Assembly: GCA_943359555.1 (NCBI GenBank)
Contig: CALRHW010000001.1
Location: 2,718 to 66,717 of the forward strand
Length of the DNA stretch: 64,000 nucleotides
Source: Parcubacteria group bacterium
GTDB taxonomy: Bacteria > Patescibacteriota > Minisyncoccia > Phycocordibacterales > CALRHW01
Direction: 5' to 3'
In this document: positions 26,456 to 36,374 of the stretch, one piece after another
Position numbering within the stretch: position 1 is the first letter of the stretch
Layout: every line of letters begins with the position of its first letter
Translations under genes and position numbers: made by a program
Notes under the pieces: generated by a model
What the model was told of the DNA's origin: nothing
The model's database searches: none
Seen by the model: the letters and a program-made list of their open reading frames with translations, nothing else

Positions 26456-27966
26456 ATATTTTCTTGAAGAGATTTTATTTCATAAATTTTATTATCCAAC
26501 AACACATCCGAAGAACTGACACCATAAATAACTCCATCTTTTATATCCAGTGCCGACAATTTATGTGCAAATATTGCGGTAGAGATTTTTTTAATATTTT
26601 CTGGAGCAGAAGTGTCTAGAACGAAAAAACCTTTTGTAGAATCAGTGGTCGCGAGAAAAGCAATATTACTACTTACTATTATTTCACTAACACTTGATGC
26701 GGTGCCTGTAAGTGCTAAAAAACTCGTACCTAAAAGCGCAGGTGATGATGGCACAAAAACATCAATCATATAAAACTCCGGATTTGTCACCGTTCCCCTT
26801 TTTCGTCCGAGATAAATAGTGTTTCCTAGCAAATAAATACTAGTCGCATCTTTGTCATTTGGTGAGCTTGTGCCCGCATTAAATGAACCCATTTCAAATA
26901 TTGCAAGAGGGTTTTTTACATCCAACACGATGAGCTCCTTGCTGTTGGCGGAAGTTGCGAGATATGCAATATCATCACGGACAGCAATGCTGTTTATATT
27001 GTGAGTAATTTCTAAAAAACCAATTTCAATAGGATTTGCAGGAGATGCGACATCAAAAATATGAAACTCTGGTCCTGCTGTTTCTTTTGTTCCAATATAA
27101 ACTTTTGAATCAAAATATTTAATACTTCTGCCTTGCGGATAAGAGCCTTCTGAATTTACGAGCACCAAGCTTCTCTTTGCGATTAACGCCGGATTTGCTG
27201 TGTCACGCACATCAATCACCACAAACTGACTCGTAGTGGCGTTTATAACAGCAAAAACATAACCGTCCGCAAAATCAAAAGCAAAAATTCCTGCACCAAC
27301 ATCCAGCTCGGATATTTTTAAATTTGGTGTTTTTAAATCAAATATTGCAAGGTCGGAGTGTGTAATAATAGAACCGTCCGCAACATTCACAGTATCAAGA
27401 ATATCAGCTGAAATAAAAACTGTATCATCTACAACATCAGTGTCGGTGACATTTTTAAGTTCGGCAGAAAGTGAACTGTTTTCATAATTTATCCAATCTT
27501 GTGAAAAAAGTTCTTTGCCACTACACGCTTCGCCACTTTTTTTAACAAAAGCTGGATAAGAAAAAACTTGAGAAAAAAATGTGAAGCGTGGTGTGTTTTC
27601 CTGTAACCACTTTTCATTGACTGACATCTTTTTTATACACGGCGTAATATCAAGGACTTTAATTTTCTCATCGTAAAAATCATCTATTTTATTTTCGGCA
27701 TTAATGATCTGATTAAAATTTATTGACGTCTGGGCTTCGTTATCATTTTCCGAAGACATTATGAAAGTTTTTTCAAATACTTCTTCTGCACGCAATATTG
27801 AACCTAAATATAATTCACCATCTAACACCAGCGATTGTGCACCAAAAGAAACACTCGCCGCCGCAGACAGTGCTAAAGTCACAATTGCAAAAGCAATAAG
27901 TATTTCAAGTGTAGAAAATCCACGCAAAAACTTTGCTCTACTTTTTAATGTTTTGAGTAATTTCAT
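26452..27966 (-). CDS. prepilin-type N-terminal domain fused to LVIVD-repeat beta-propeller (candidate pilus-associated adhesin)
   Basis: LRG|FSTLEILIAFAIVTLAL prepilin motif. Repeated motifs FVVIDVRD, LIVLDVKN, FYMIDVFV and FFVLDTSA are typical of LVIVD propeller blades. Confidence 0.65.
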   Translation of the reverse strand: MKLLKTLKSRAKFLRGFSTLEILIAFAIVTLALSAAASVSFGAQSLVLDGELYLGSILRAEEVFEKTFIMSSENDNEAQTSINFNQIINAENKIDDFYDEKIKVLDITPCIKKMSVNEKWLQENTPRFTFFSQVFSYPAFVKKSGEACSGKELFSQDWINYENSSLSAELKNVTDTDVVDDTVFISADILDTVNVADGSIITHSDLAIFDLKTPNLKISELDVGAGIFAFDFADGYVFAVINATTSQFVVIDVRDTANPALIAKRSLVLVNSEGSYPQGRSIKYFDSKVYIGTKETAGPEFHIFDVASPANPIEIGFLEITHNINSIAVRDDIAYLATSANSKELIVLDVKNPLAIFEMGSFNAGTSSPNDKDATSIYLLGNTIYLGRKRGTVTNPEFYMIDVFVPSSPALLGTSFLALTGTASSVSEIIVSSNIAFLATTDSTKGFFVLDTSAPENIKKISTAIFAHKLSALDIKDGVIYGVSSSDVLLDNKIYEIKSLQENI

Positions 27967-29050
27967 ATATCGGAGTAATCACAGAAATAGCGACAAATCC
28001 CACAATCACACCCATTACAACCATCAATATCGGCTCAAGCGAGCTTCCGAGTTTTTTAATAATTTCATCAATCTCCCGCTCAAAATATTCTGAAATGTAA
28101 GTGGATACTTCTACGAGATTACCTGAAGATTCACCCACAGAGAGCATTTGGCTCACCATAAGTGGAAAAAGTACGGGTTTTGTCGCAAGAAAACGTGACA
28201 TAGGCATTCCTTTTGTGACAAACTCTGAAAGTATTAAATATTCTTTTTTATAAACAGCACCCATACAACTAAAAGAAATATTTTGTAATGCGTCTTTAAG
28301 TGGCACATTACTTTTTAATAAAAGTCCGAGTGTTCTAAATGTTTGCGTAACTTCATAATATTGCAACATTGTTCCAAATAGTGGGATTTTTAGACAAAAT
28401 AATTCAAATTGTATTCTAAACTTCTTATATTTTTTAAAACAGAAAATTGTCGCGAAAATCATAATTATAAACATTATCGCTAGATAGATTCCATACTCCA
28501 CAAGCACTTTATGAAATCCTAAAAGAATTCTTGTACTAAGCGGTAGTTTTGCATTTAAGCTAGAAAAAATCGGTGTGATTTTTGGTAGTATATATAGAGT
28601 AATCATTCCAGTTACGCCAATTGTAGCCACTCCAATACAAAGCGGATAAAATAATGCACCAATTATTTTTTGCCAAAGTAACTGTCTTTTTTTAAGTTCA
28701 ATTGAGACATGTTGTAGATTTGCACAAAGTGTCCCAGTCATTTCTCCAGTTTTGATAATTTGCACAGCGAGATTGTTAAATTTTGGGCTAGAGTGCATCA
28801 AACTCGTAGAAAGAAAATTCCCTTTTAAAACATCTGAAATAATATTGCGAAGCATTTTTTTCTCTTTTTCTTTCCGTGATTGAGCGAGAAGCATTTCTAA
28901 ACTTTGAGTGAGTGAAATCTCTGCGCCAACTAAAAAAGAAAGACGTGAAGTAAAATATGCTTGTTCGCGAAGCGAAAGCTGAGTGCCAAAAAAACCAAAT
29001 CCACCTAGCTTACGAAAGATTTTTTTCATATCAAATATTTTTTTAATCAT
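27938..29050 (-). CDS. pilC: type IV pilus/T2SS platform protein (PilC/GspF family)
   Basis: Two GspF repeats with three TM, and an N-terminal cytoplasmic domain LSLREQAYFTSRLSFLVGAEISL. Confidence 0.8.
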   Translation of the reverse strand: MIKKIFDMKKIFRKLGGFGFFGTQLSLREQAYFTSRLSFLVGAEISLTQSLEMLLAQSRKEKEKKMLRNIISDVLKGNFLSTSLMHSSPKFNNLAVQIIKTGEMTGTLCANLQHVSIELKKRQLLWQKIIGALFYPLCIGVATIGVTGMITLYILPKITPIFSSLNAKLPLSTRILLGFHKVLVEYGIYLAIMFIIMIFATIFCFKKYKKFRIQFELFCLKIPLFGTMLQYYEVTQTFRTLGLLLKSNVPLKDALQNISFSCMGAVYKKEYLILSEFVTKGMPMSRFLATKPVLFPLMVSQMLSVGESSGNLVEVSTYISEYFEREIDEIIKKLGSSLEPILMVVMGVIVGFVAISVITPIYEITQNIKK

Positions 29051-30266
29051 GAAGACATCTAAAAATTTCTTCTATGGTAGTCAGACCCATCTCTACTTTC
29101 CGTAAACCATCTACGACAAGTGACACCATTCCATTATTCATCGCGATATTTTTTATTTGCACCGCAGACAGACGAGCCACTATCGCATCACGAATAAGAT
29201 CATCAACAACGAGTATTTCGTTTACCACAACCCTACCGTTATAACCACTATGCGCACAATTTTCGCAACCAATTCCATAAAAAGCATTTTGTAAATCGTG
29301 ACCGTAAAGATTGTGCAGTGTTTCTTTTTCTGCCATAGACATTGGACGCGCCACCTTACAATGCACGCAAATTTTCCTAACCAAACGTTGGGCAATCACA
29401 AGACGTAAAGTAGACGCGACTAAAAACGGCTCTATTCCCATATCAAGAAAACGTGGAATAGCAGTAGCACAATCCACGGTGTGTAAAGTAGAAAGCAACA
29501 AGTGCCCAGTTAAAGCCGTGTTGATTGCAATCTGAGCGGTTTCATTGTCGCGAATTTCTCCCACCATTATAATGTCTGGATCTTGTCGTAAAATAGAACG
29601 TAGCCCATTTGCAAAAGTGAGACCGACACGTGGCTGTGTTTGAATTTGTTTTATCCCAGCGAGAGCGTATTCAATAGGATCTTCAATAGTGATTATTGAA
29701 TTTTCTTTTCGGTTTAATAGTCTGACGAGTGTATATAGAGTCGTCGTTTTCCCCGAACCTGTCGGACCCGTCATTAGTATCATTCCGTTTTGTCTTTTTA
29801 TTTCGCGCAAAATATTTTCTTCATCACTCGCCAAAAAACCTAGACCAGAAAGTGTATTGTCCCCTAAAGTATTTTTGAGTAAACGCAAAACAACACTTTC
29901 TCCATAATGTGTCGACACAAAAGAAATCCGCACATCAAAAGACGTGTTTTCTAAAGAATAACGAAAACGTCCGTCTTGTGGAGTTTTTTGCTCATCGGTG
30001 CGTAGATTTGAAATAATTTTTAAACGCAAGACAACCTTAGAAAAAATGTTATGAGAAAAAGTAGATATGTCACACAACATTCCATCAACACGAAAACGAA
30101 TTCTTATTGACTCTTCGCTTGGGTGTAAATGAATATCTGAAGCACGCAAAAAAAACGCATCTTCTAAAATTGCATTTACAAAATCAATAACAAAAATGTC
30201 TGGAGCACGAGCGAGCTCACTGGTAATTTTTAGCTCGCGTGCAATTTTTAAATTTTTCACAAACAC
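29043..30266 (-). CDS. pilB: type IV pilus assembly ATPase, PilB/GspE family (short form lacking N1 domain)
   Basis: Walker A LMTGPTGSGKTTT, Asp/His boxes, and tetracysteine CVHC...CENC. Confidence 0.8.
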   Translation of the reverse strand: MFVKNLKIARELKITSELARAPDIFVIDFVNAILEDAFFLRASDIHLHPSEESIRIRFRVDGMLCDISTFSHNIFSKVVLRLKIISNLRTDEQKTPQDGRFRYSLENTSFDVRISFVSTHYGESVVLRLLKNTLGDNTLSGLGFLASDEENILREIKRQNGMILMTGPTGSGKTTTLYTLVRLLNRKENSIITIEDPIEYALAGIKQIQTQPRVGLTFANGLRSILRQDPDIIMVGEIRDNETAQIAINTALTGHLLLSTLHTVDCATAIPRFLDMGIEPFLVASTLRLVIAQRLVRKICVHCKVARPMSMAEKETLHNLYGHDLQNAFYGIGCENCAHSGYNGRVVVNEILVVDDLIRDAIVARLSAVQIKNIAMNNGMVSLVVDGLRKVEMGLTTIEEIFRCLHD

Positions 30267-30301
30267 TCAGATGAGTGTCACAAAGTAGTACAGTTTACTA
30301 A

Positions 30302-30901
30302 TTATATATTCCCGCGAGTTTTTGTGCAATAATCATTCATCACGATTCCCGCAGCGACGGCTACATTGAGTGAACGCACACTCCCAAACTGAGAAATCTC
30401 CACGACATGATGACATTTATTTAAAATTTCTTTAGAAATTCCACCACTCTCTTGACCAAAAATTATTAAAGTCTTTTGTGCAGGATTCCATTTAAAATCT
30501 GTAAGTGGGACAGCACCTGTGTTATTTTCCACCGCAACTACAACATCATATTCTGCAAAAATAGTATCTATATCTTCTGTAAATTTAATGTGTCTGAAAT
30601 ATTCATAAAATTCTGAGCCTACGCTTGCTCTGCGGTCAAAAGTTTTGTGTCCATATAAAATTATTTCACTTGCACCAAATGCGTTTGCACTACGCACGAT
30701 GTTTCCTGCGTTATTGTCATACAAAAGATTCATAATAAGCACGCCATAATTTAACTTTTGCTCGGCAAGATATTTTTTCACTTCTTCGTCAGTAAGCCAT
30801 TTTAAATAATCCGCACGGTTGCGTGGTTTGTTTTGATCATAAGAAAGCGTCTTTGATTTAAATTCAAAAGAGCCAAGTTTTTTAGGATTTTCTTTTTTCA
30901 T
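30302..30901 (-). CDS. SpoU/TrmH-family (SPOUT) RNA 2'-O-methyltransferase
   Basis: SPOUT motifs NAGNIVRSANAFGASEIIL, LIIFGQESGGIS and SLNVAVAAGIVM. Confidence 0.75.
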   Translation of the reverse strand: MKKENPKKLGSFEFKSKTLSYDQNKPRNRADYLKWLTDEEVKKYLAEQKLNYGVLIMNLLYDNNAGNIVRSANAFGASEIILYGHKTFDRRASVGSEFYEYFRHIKFTEDIDTIFAEYDVVVAVENNTGAVPLTDFKWNPAQKTLIIFGQESGGISKEILNKCHHVVEISQFGSVRSLNVAVAAGIVMNDYCTKTRGNI

Positions 30902-30925
30902 AATTAAAAACTAAATTAGAAAAAA

Positions 30926-31459
30926 TCAAAGTTCAGTTTTTACTTCAACATTGTGCTGACTGAAAATTATTTTTCTTACATGCTCTGGGTTTCTGACAGC
31001 TTTCATAGAAAATTCACTGCTATCTTCCGCAGCTGTTTGCACTCTTATATCACCAAAATGAAACATTGTCGCAATCACACCACTCACTTCAATACTTATG
31101 TCTTGAATTTTATCAAAACGAAGATTTGAAACCTCTCTACGAAAAATAGCTTTTTGTTCTACGTCAATAATTCTTTTTTGCGTCACATACCAAACGTCTA
31201 AAAAATATTTGGTCCACTCAATAAAGAAAAAAATCCACAAAAACAAAAGCCATACATAATAAAAAAATTTTAATAAAAATTCGTACTCCGTAAAAATACC
31301 CTGAATTGGCAAAAAATTGTATTTAAAAACAACAAACCTAATTACAATCGGAATAATAACTCCAAGTGCCGTGATAAAGACTATACCTAAAAGTACAAAC
31401 CAGTGTTTGCGCACTTCTAAAATTACTGATTCTCCGTGTTCTAAATCTAGATTAAGCAT
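30926..31459 (-). CDS. membrane protein with bacterial PH (YdbS/YdbT-like, DUF304) domain
   Basis: Two TM followed by a PH-like beta segment. The EHGESVILEVRKHWF N-terminus is typical of bPH_2. Confidence 0.5.
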   Translation of the reverse strand: MLNLDLEHGESVILEVRKHWFVLLGIVFITALGVIIPIVIRFVVFKYNFLPIQGIFTEYEFLLKFFYYVWLLFLWIFFFIEWTKYFLDVWYVTQKRIIDVEQKAIFRREVSNLRFDKIQDISIEVSGVIATMFHFGDIRVQTAAEDSSEFSMKAVRNPEHVRKIIFSQHNVEVKTEL

Positions 31460-31808
31460 GGTTTATAAAAGCTATAATTGAAGAATAAGCGAGCGAAACA
31501 ATTTCAACTGACACAACAAGGTAAACTATTTCTGCGAGTATTACTTTTGGATTATTCCGTCCGTATCTTTCCCAATGGAAAATAAGGACGGAGGAAAAGA
31601 CGGCAAAAAGCACGCAAACAAAGACAAAAACCCACCATATTGTACCACGGTTGACATGTGCGAGTATTACTGGCAAAAAATCTAAACCGATAGGATTGTT
31701 CATCTTGGTGTTATTATACCAACTTTTATCGCCTGAAACAAACCTATCGCGTCGACTATGCACGACGTATGGATTGACTCTTTTAAATTTTCCTGCTTTA
31801 CTAGACAT
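31452..31808 (-). CDS. hypothetical membrane protein
   Basis: Two hydrophobic helices. Overlaps the downstream gene by 8 nt. Confidence 0.4.
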   Translation of the reverse strand: MSSKAGKFKRVNPYVVHSRRDRFVSGDKSWYNNTKMNNPIGLDFLPVILAHVNRGTIWWVFVFVCVLFAVFSSVLIFHWERYGRNNPKVILAEIVYLVVSVEIVSLAYSSIIAFINHA

Positions 31809-31836
31809 TCAACTTAAATTTTAACCTTATAAACAA

Positions 31837-33594
31837 ATGGAAATCCGAAATATCGCAATCATCGCCCACGTGGATCATGGCAAAACGACGCTCACAGACG
31901 CTTTAATGAAGCAAGCAGGTGTCGCTGAGGAAGGAGCTACTATGGACTCAAACGCGCTAGAGCTAGAACGCGGTATTACTATTTATGCAAAAAATACATC
32001 CATTTTTTATAAAGATACAAAAATCAACATTGTGGATACACCAGGTCATAGCGACTTCGGCTCAGAAGTAGAGCGTGTGCTTCGTTCTATAGATACAGTA
32101 CTTCTCGTGGTGGACGCGCAAGAAGGTCCAATGCCTCAGACACGTTTTGTACTTAAAAAATCCCTAGAACTAGGACTAAAACCGATAGTTGTTATAAACA
32201 AAATAGACAAACCTGCGTCTAGATGTAAAGAAGTAGCCGACGAAGTGCTTGAATTATTTTTTGACCTCGGTGCAAATGACGAGCAAATGAATTTCACTAT
32301 CTTGTATGCAATCGGTCGCGAAGGTATAGCAAAAATGAAAATTGAAGATGAATCAAAAGATTTAACTCCCCTTCTTGAAACTATTTTGCGTGAGGTGCCT
32401 CCAGCAAAAAACGACACGAGTGCGCCACTCCGCATGCAAACTTTTAACCTCGGTTATGACAATTTTCTAGGACGTCTTGCTGTGTGCCGTGTGTATGAAG
32501 GAAAAGTAAAAGTGGGCGACCCGCTCATCGTAAAACGTGTAGACGGCACAAGTTATACTGGGAAACTTATTAAAATTTTTACATTTGAGGGCGTGTCAAA
32601 AAAAGAAATTACAGAGGCTGTCGCTGGCGACATTGTGATGATTGCTGGGTTGCCTCAGATTTATATCGGCGAAACTATTTGCGTTTCCGTAGAACAAGAA
32701 GCACTGCCCGCGATTAAAATTGACGAGCCGACAATTTCTCTAAACTTTTTTGTAAATGATTCGCCGTTTGCTGGACGTGAAGGAAAATTTGTAACAGGTC
32801 GCCAAATTCGTGAACGTCTTGAAAAAGAACTAGAAATAAACGTCGGACTGAAAATAAATTTTGATAAAGGCGACAAGTTTGAAGTATATGGACGAGGAGA
32901 GCTCCATATTGCTATTTTGCTAGAAAATATGCGACGCGAAGGTTTTGAACTCCAAGTGTCTCAACCAAACGTAATTTTGAAAGAAGTTGGTGGTGAGACT
33001 CTTGAACCTTTTGAAGAAGTAATTGTAGATGTGCCTGCGGAATCTTCTGGTGCTGTTATCGCACGACTCGGCGAGCGAAAAGGTATTATTACAAATATGA
33101 AAGATGCGCACGGACATCAGAGAATAGTTTTTGAAATACCTACACGCGGACTGCTCGGTTATCGCGGACAATTTGTGATTGATACAAAAGGTGAAGGAAT
33201 TATTTCTAGCAGATTTACAGAATTTAAACCGCACGTTGGAGAAATAAAAAAACAAGCTTATGGTTCTATGGTTTCAATGACTGGTGGAAAGGCGCTTGCG
33301 TTTTCACTTTGGAATTTACAAGAACGTGGCGTGCTTTATATAGCGCCTACTGTAGAAGTATATGAAGGAATGATTATCGGAAATGTTACAAAGGGCGACA
33401 CGATGTTTGTAAATCCTACAAAAGGCAAACAGCTCACAAATATGCGCGCGTCTGGCTCTGACGAAGGAATTTTCCTTGTTCCACCTTTTAAACTTACAAT
33501 AGAACGCGCGATGGAAATAATGGCAGAAGATGATTTTATTGAAATTACTCCGGGAAGCGTGCGACTCCGAAAAAAAGATTGGAAGGAGAAATAG
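31837..33594 (+). CDS. typA: translational GTPase TypA/BipA
   Basis: IAIIAHVDHGKTTLTDAL G1 box, DTPGHSDF, NKID, and a BipA-type C-terminal domain. Length 585 aa. Confidence 0.9.
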   Translation: MEIRNIAIIAHVDHGKTTLTDALMKQAGVAEEGATMDSNALELERGITIYAKNTSIFYKDTKINIVDTPGHSDFGSEVERVLRSIDTVLLVVDAQEGPMPQTRFVLKKSLELGLKPIVVINKIDKPASRCKEVADEVLELFFDLGANDEQMNFTILYAIGREGIAKMKIEDESKDLTPLLETILREVPPAKNDTSAPLRMQTFNLGYDNFLGRLAVCRVYEGKVKVGDPLIVKRVDGTSYTGKLIKIFTFEGVSKKEITEAVAGDIVMIAGLPQIYIGETICVSVEQEALPAIKIDEPTISLNFFVNDSPFAGREGKFVTGRQIRERLEKELEINVGLKINFDKGDKFEVYGRGELHIAILLENMRREGFELQVSQPNVILKEVGGETLEPFEEVIVDVPAESSGAVIARLGERKGIITNMKDAHGHQRIVFEIPTRGLLGYRGQFVIDTKGEGIISSRFTEFKPHVGEIKKQAYGSMVSMTGGKALAFSLWNLQERGVLYIAPTVEVYEGMIIGNVTKGDTMFVNPTKGKQLTNMRASGSDEGIFLVPPFKLTIERAMEIMAEDDFIEITPGSVRLRKKDWKEK

Positions 33595-33625
33595 AAACTA
33601 CGCAAAATAGCTTTTGTTGTACGGG

Positions 33626-34417
33626 CTATCGTAGCGAGTCCCCAACTTTATATTCCCCAACTCTAGTCCGCAATATGCGAAATGCAATCGCGCCTACGCC
33701 AAGCTCTTTCCCAAATGAATCTGCGAGACCTCGCATATATGCACCGCTTGTGACTGTAGCGTGAAATGTAGACAAATAAAATTTCGCCGATTGATTTTGT
33801 GTAGAATGTTTTGTGAAATTTGCAAAAAAAACATTCCATCCAGACGCGATTTCTTCTTGCCGAAAATCTCCTTTAACCGAAAAAATATTTTCCAAAATTT
33901 TCTTTTTTAAATCGCCCGCGGAAATTTCCGACTGCGAAACCAGAGAAATTTCCTTTATCTCTATTTCCTTTTCAGGAATTTCAATCTGATCTATTTTTCC
34001 ATCACGAGCCCATTCAAAAAGTGGACGACCTTTTACAGGTTGCGACGAATACGGCGGATATTTTTGCTTTATTTTGCCTTTATATCTTTCTAATAATTTC
34101 TTTATTTTTTCTTTATCTGGCTCGGCAATCACCTCACCACTCGCTGTAATTTTTCCTAGCACATCATAAGTATCAGTCTCCACACCCCAAAGCACGTCAA
34201 ACTCATATTCTTTTTCTAAACCTAGATATTTCTCGCGGTTTTTATTTTCCTCACCGACAAGCACGAGCATTACACCCTCCGCCACAGGGTCTAAACGCCC
34301 AGCGTAGCTCAGTGTAGCGTCTTTATACTCCAAAGACTCACTACGCAGTCTTTCAATGCGTCCTAGTGGAGTTTCGCCTATTTTTTTATATAAATTTAAA
34401 ATTCCGTCCATATACAT
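33626..34417 (-). CDS. truB: tRNA pseudouridine synthase (TruB-like)
   Basis: Catalytic Asp motif SYAGRLDPVAEGVMLVLVG. Confidence 0.7.
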   Translation of the reverse strand: MYMDGILNLYKKIGETPLGRIERLRSESLEYKDATLSYAGRLDPVAEGVMLVLVGEENKNREKYLGLEKEYEFDVLWGVETDTYDVLGKITASGEVIAEPDKEKIKKLLERYKGKIKQKYPPYSSQPVKGRPLFEWARDGKIDQIEIPEKEIEIKEISLVSQSEISAGDLKKKILENIFSVKGDFRQEEIASGWNVFFANFTKHSTQNQSAKFYLSTFHATVTSGAYMRGLADSFGKELGVGAIAFRILRTRVGEYKVGDSLR

Positions 34418-34468
34418 ATCCTATATTAAAAGTAGCGGAAAATCTCAATTTTAGCTACAATTTAACCT

Positions 34469-35755
34469 ATGAAAAAGATTTCCACAGAATCATACAAAGG
34501 TGTGCGCGACTTTTATCCAGAAGACATGTCCGTGCAAAACTACATATTTGAAAAAATGCACGAGACCGCAAAAAGTTTTGGTTATAGTGAATACAGTGCA
34601 TCTATTTTAGAACCAACCGAGCTTTATCATGCAAAATCTGGAGAGGAGCTTGTGAGCGAGCAAACATATTCTTTTAAAGACCGTGGTGACCGCGATGTCA
34701 CTTTGCGTCCAGAAATGACTCCTACTCTTGCGAGAATGGTGGCTGCTAAAAAGCGCGAGCTTTCATTTCCTTTACGTTGGTATTCTATTCCCAATATTTT
34801 TCGATATGAACAACCTCAACGTGGACGACTTCGTGAACATTGGCAACTCAACGTAGATATTTTTGGTGTGGAAAATAATGAATCTGAAAAAGAGATGATT
34901 TCCGTTGCACACAGATTGCTTAAAAATTTTGGCGCAAAAAACGACGATTTTATAATAAAAATAAACGATCGTAGAATAATGAATGCTTTGTATCAAAAAT
35001 TTGAGCTTACCGCAGAAGACGCTGAACACGTTTCAAAAGCACTTGATAAAAAAAGTAAAAATCCATTTGAGGTTTTCAAAAGTGCACTCAGCGGGATTTT
35101 TAAAAAAGATGCTCATCTAGAAGAATTTTTGGAAGCGATTGAATCAAATCAAAAACTTATAAAAACTCTCGGGGAAGACAATTCACTCGTGAAAAATCTA
35201 ATGGAACTCATAGACGGTCTCGCGTCTGTCGGTGTTACAAATGTACTTTTTGATCCGACGATTGTGCGAGGATTGGATTATTACACTGGAATTGTATTTG
35301 AAATATTTGACACAGACCCAAAAAACAAACGTGCACTTTTTGGTGGTGGACGATATGACGACCTTCTTTCTATTTTTGGAAATGAAAAAGTCTCTGCGGT
35401 GGGTTTTGGTGCGGGAGATGTCACAATAAAAGATTTCCTTGAAACTCACGCACTTTTGCCAGTTTATACATCTACAACCAATCTTTATCTTGGGGTTATT
35501 GACGATGCTTTTTCTACGGCGCAGACTTTTGCCAATTCTCTGCGCACTATCGGTGTAAACGTAGCGGTAGATTACACAGGCAAAAGCGTCGGTGACCAAA
35601 TAAAAAAAGCGACAAACGACCACATTCCTTTTATCGCAATTATCGGAAAGAAAGAAGTGGAAAGTAAAAAGTTGAAAATAAAAAATCTTGCTACCCGCGA
35701 GGAAGTTGAGTTTGGTTTTGAAGGAATAGAAAAAATAGCCAAGATTATTTTGTAA
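34469..35755 (+). CDS. hisS: histidine--tRNA ligase
   Basis: Class II motifs, KGVRDFYPED, GGGRYDDL, and a C-terminal anticodon-binding domain. Confidence 0.9.
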   Translation: MKKISTESYKGVRDFYPEDMSVQNYIFEKMHETAKSFGYSEYSASILEPTELYHAKSGEELVSEQTYSFKDRGDRDVTLRPEMTPTLARMVAAKKRELSFPLRWYSIPNIFRYEQPQRGRLREHWQLNVDIFGVENNESEKEMISVAHRLLKNFGAKNDDFIIKINDRRIMNALYQKFELTAEDAEHVSKALDKKSKNPFEVFKSALSGIFKKDAHLEEFLEAIESNQKLIKTLGEDNSLVKNLMELIDGLASVGVTNVLFDPTIVRGLDYYTGIVFEIFDTDPKNKRALFGGGRYDDLLSIFGNEKVSAVGFGAGDVTIKDFLETHALLPVYTSTTNLYLGVIDDAFSTAQTFANSLRTIGVNVAVDYTGKSVGDQIKKATNDHIPFIAIIGKKEVESKKLKIKNLATREEVEFGFEGIEKIAKIIL

Positions 35756-35783
35756 GTATCCAAAAACCGTTAAATATATTTGT

Positions 35784-36362
35784 ATGAGAAAAATTGTATT
35801 TGATATTGAAACAAGTAATATTTTTTCAGACGTTGGTAAAAACGACCCGACACTTTTGGATATTTCTGTTGTGGGTATTTACGATTCTGAAACAGACTCT
35901 TATACTACTTTTGAACAAAAAGAACTCGGCAAGCTTTGGCCGATTTTAGAAAAAACAGATTTACTCATCGGTTTTAATTCCGAGCATTTTGACTTACCTC
36001 TTTTAAATAAATATTACCAAGGCGATCTCGGGAAAATCCGCCACGTAGACATTTTAAAAGAAATCAGAAACTCTTTTGGACGAAGAATGAAACTGGATCA
36101 GATAGCCGAGGGCACACTCGGCGTCAGAAAATCGGGACACGGACTGGAAGCCACGGTGTGGTGGGCAAAAGGCGAATATGAAAAAGTAAAAAAATACTGT
36201 CTGGACGATGTAAAAATCACAAAAGACATTTACGAATACGCCCTAAAAAACAACGCGCTAAAATTTAAAGAAGGAAACACTATTATAGATATAAAATTAG
36301 ACACTTCCAACTGGGAGAAAAAAGACGGCGGTGATGCGATGACGTTTACGTTGCCGTTTTAG
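35784..36362 (+). CDS. DEDD-family 3'-5' exonuclease (DnaQ/RNase D-like fold)
   Basis: Exo I FDIETSN, Exo II FNSEHFDLPLL, and Exo III YCLDDVKITKDIYEY. Confidence 0.6.
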   Translation: MRKIVFDIETSNIFSDVGKNDPTLLDISVVGIYDSETDSYTTFEQKELGKLWPILEKTDLLIGFNSEHFDLPLLNKYYQGDLGKIRHVDILKEIRNSFGRRMKLDQIAEGTLGVRKSGHGLEATVWWAKGEYEKVKKYCLDDVKITKDIYEYALKNNALKFKEGNTIIDIKLDTSNWEKKDGGDAMTFTLPF

Positions 36363-36374
36363 ATTATACAAAAT

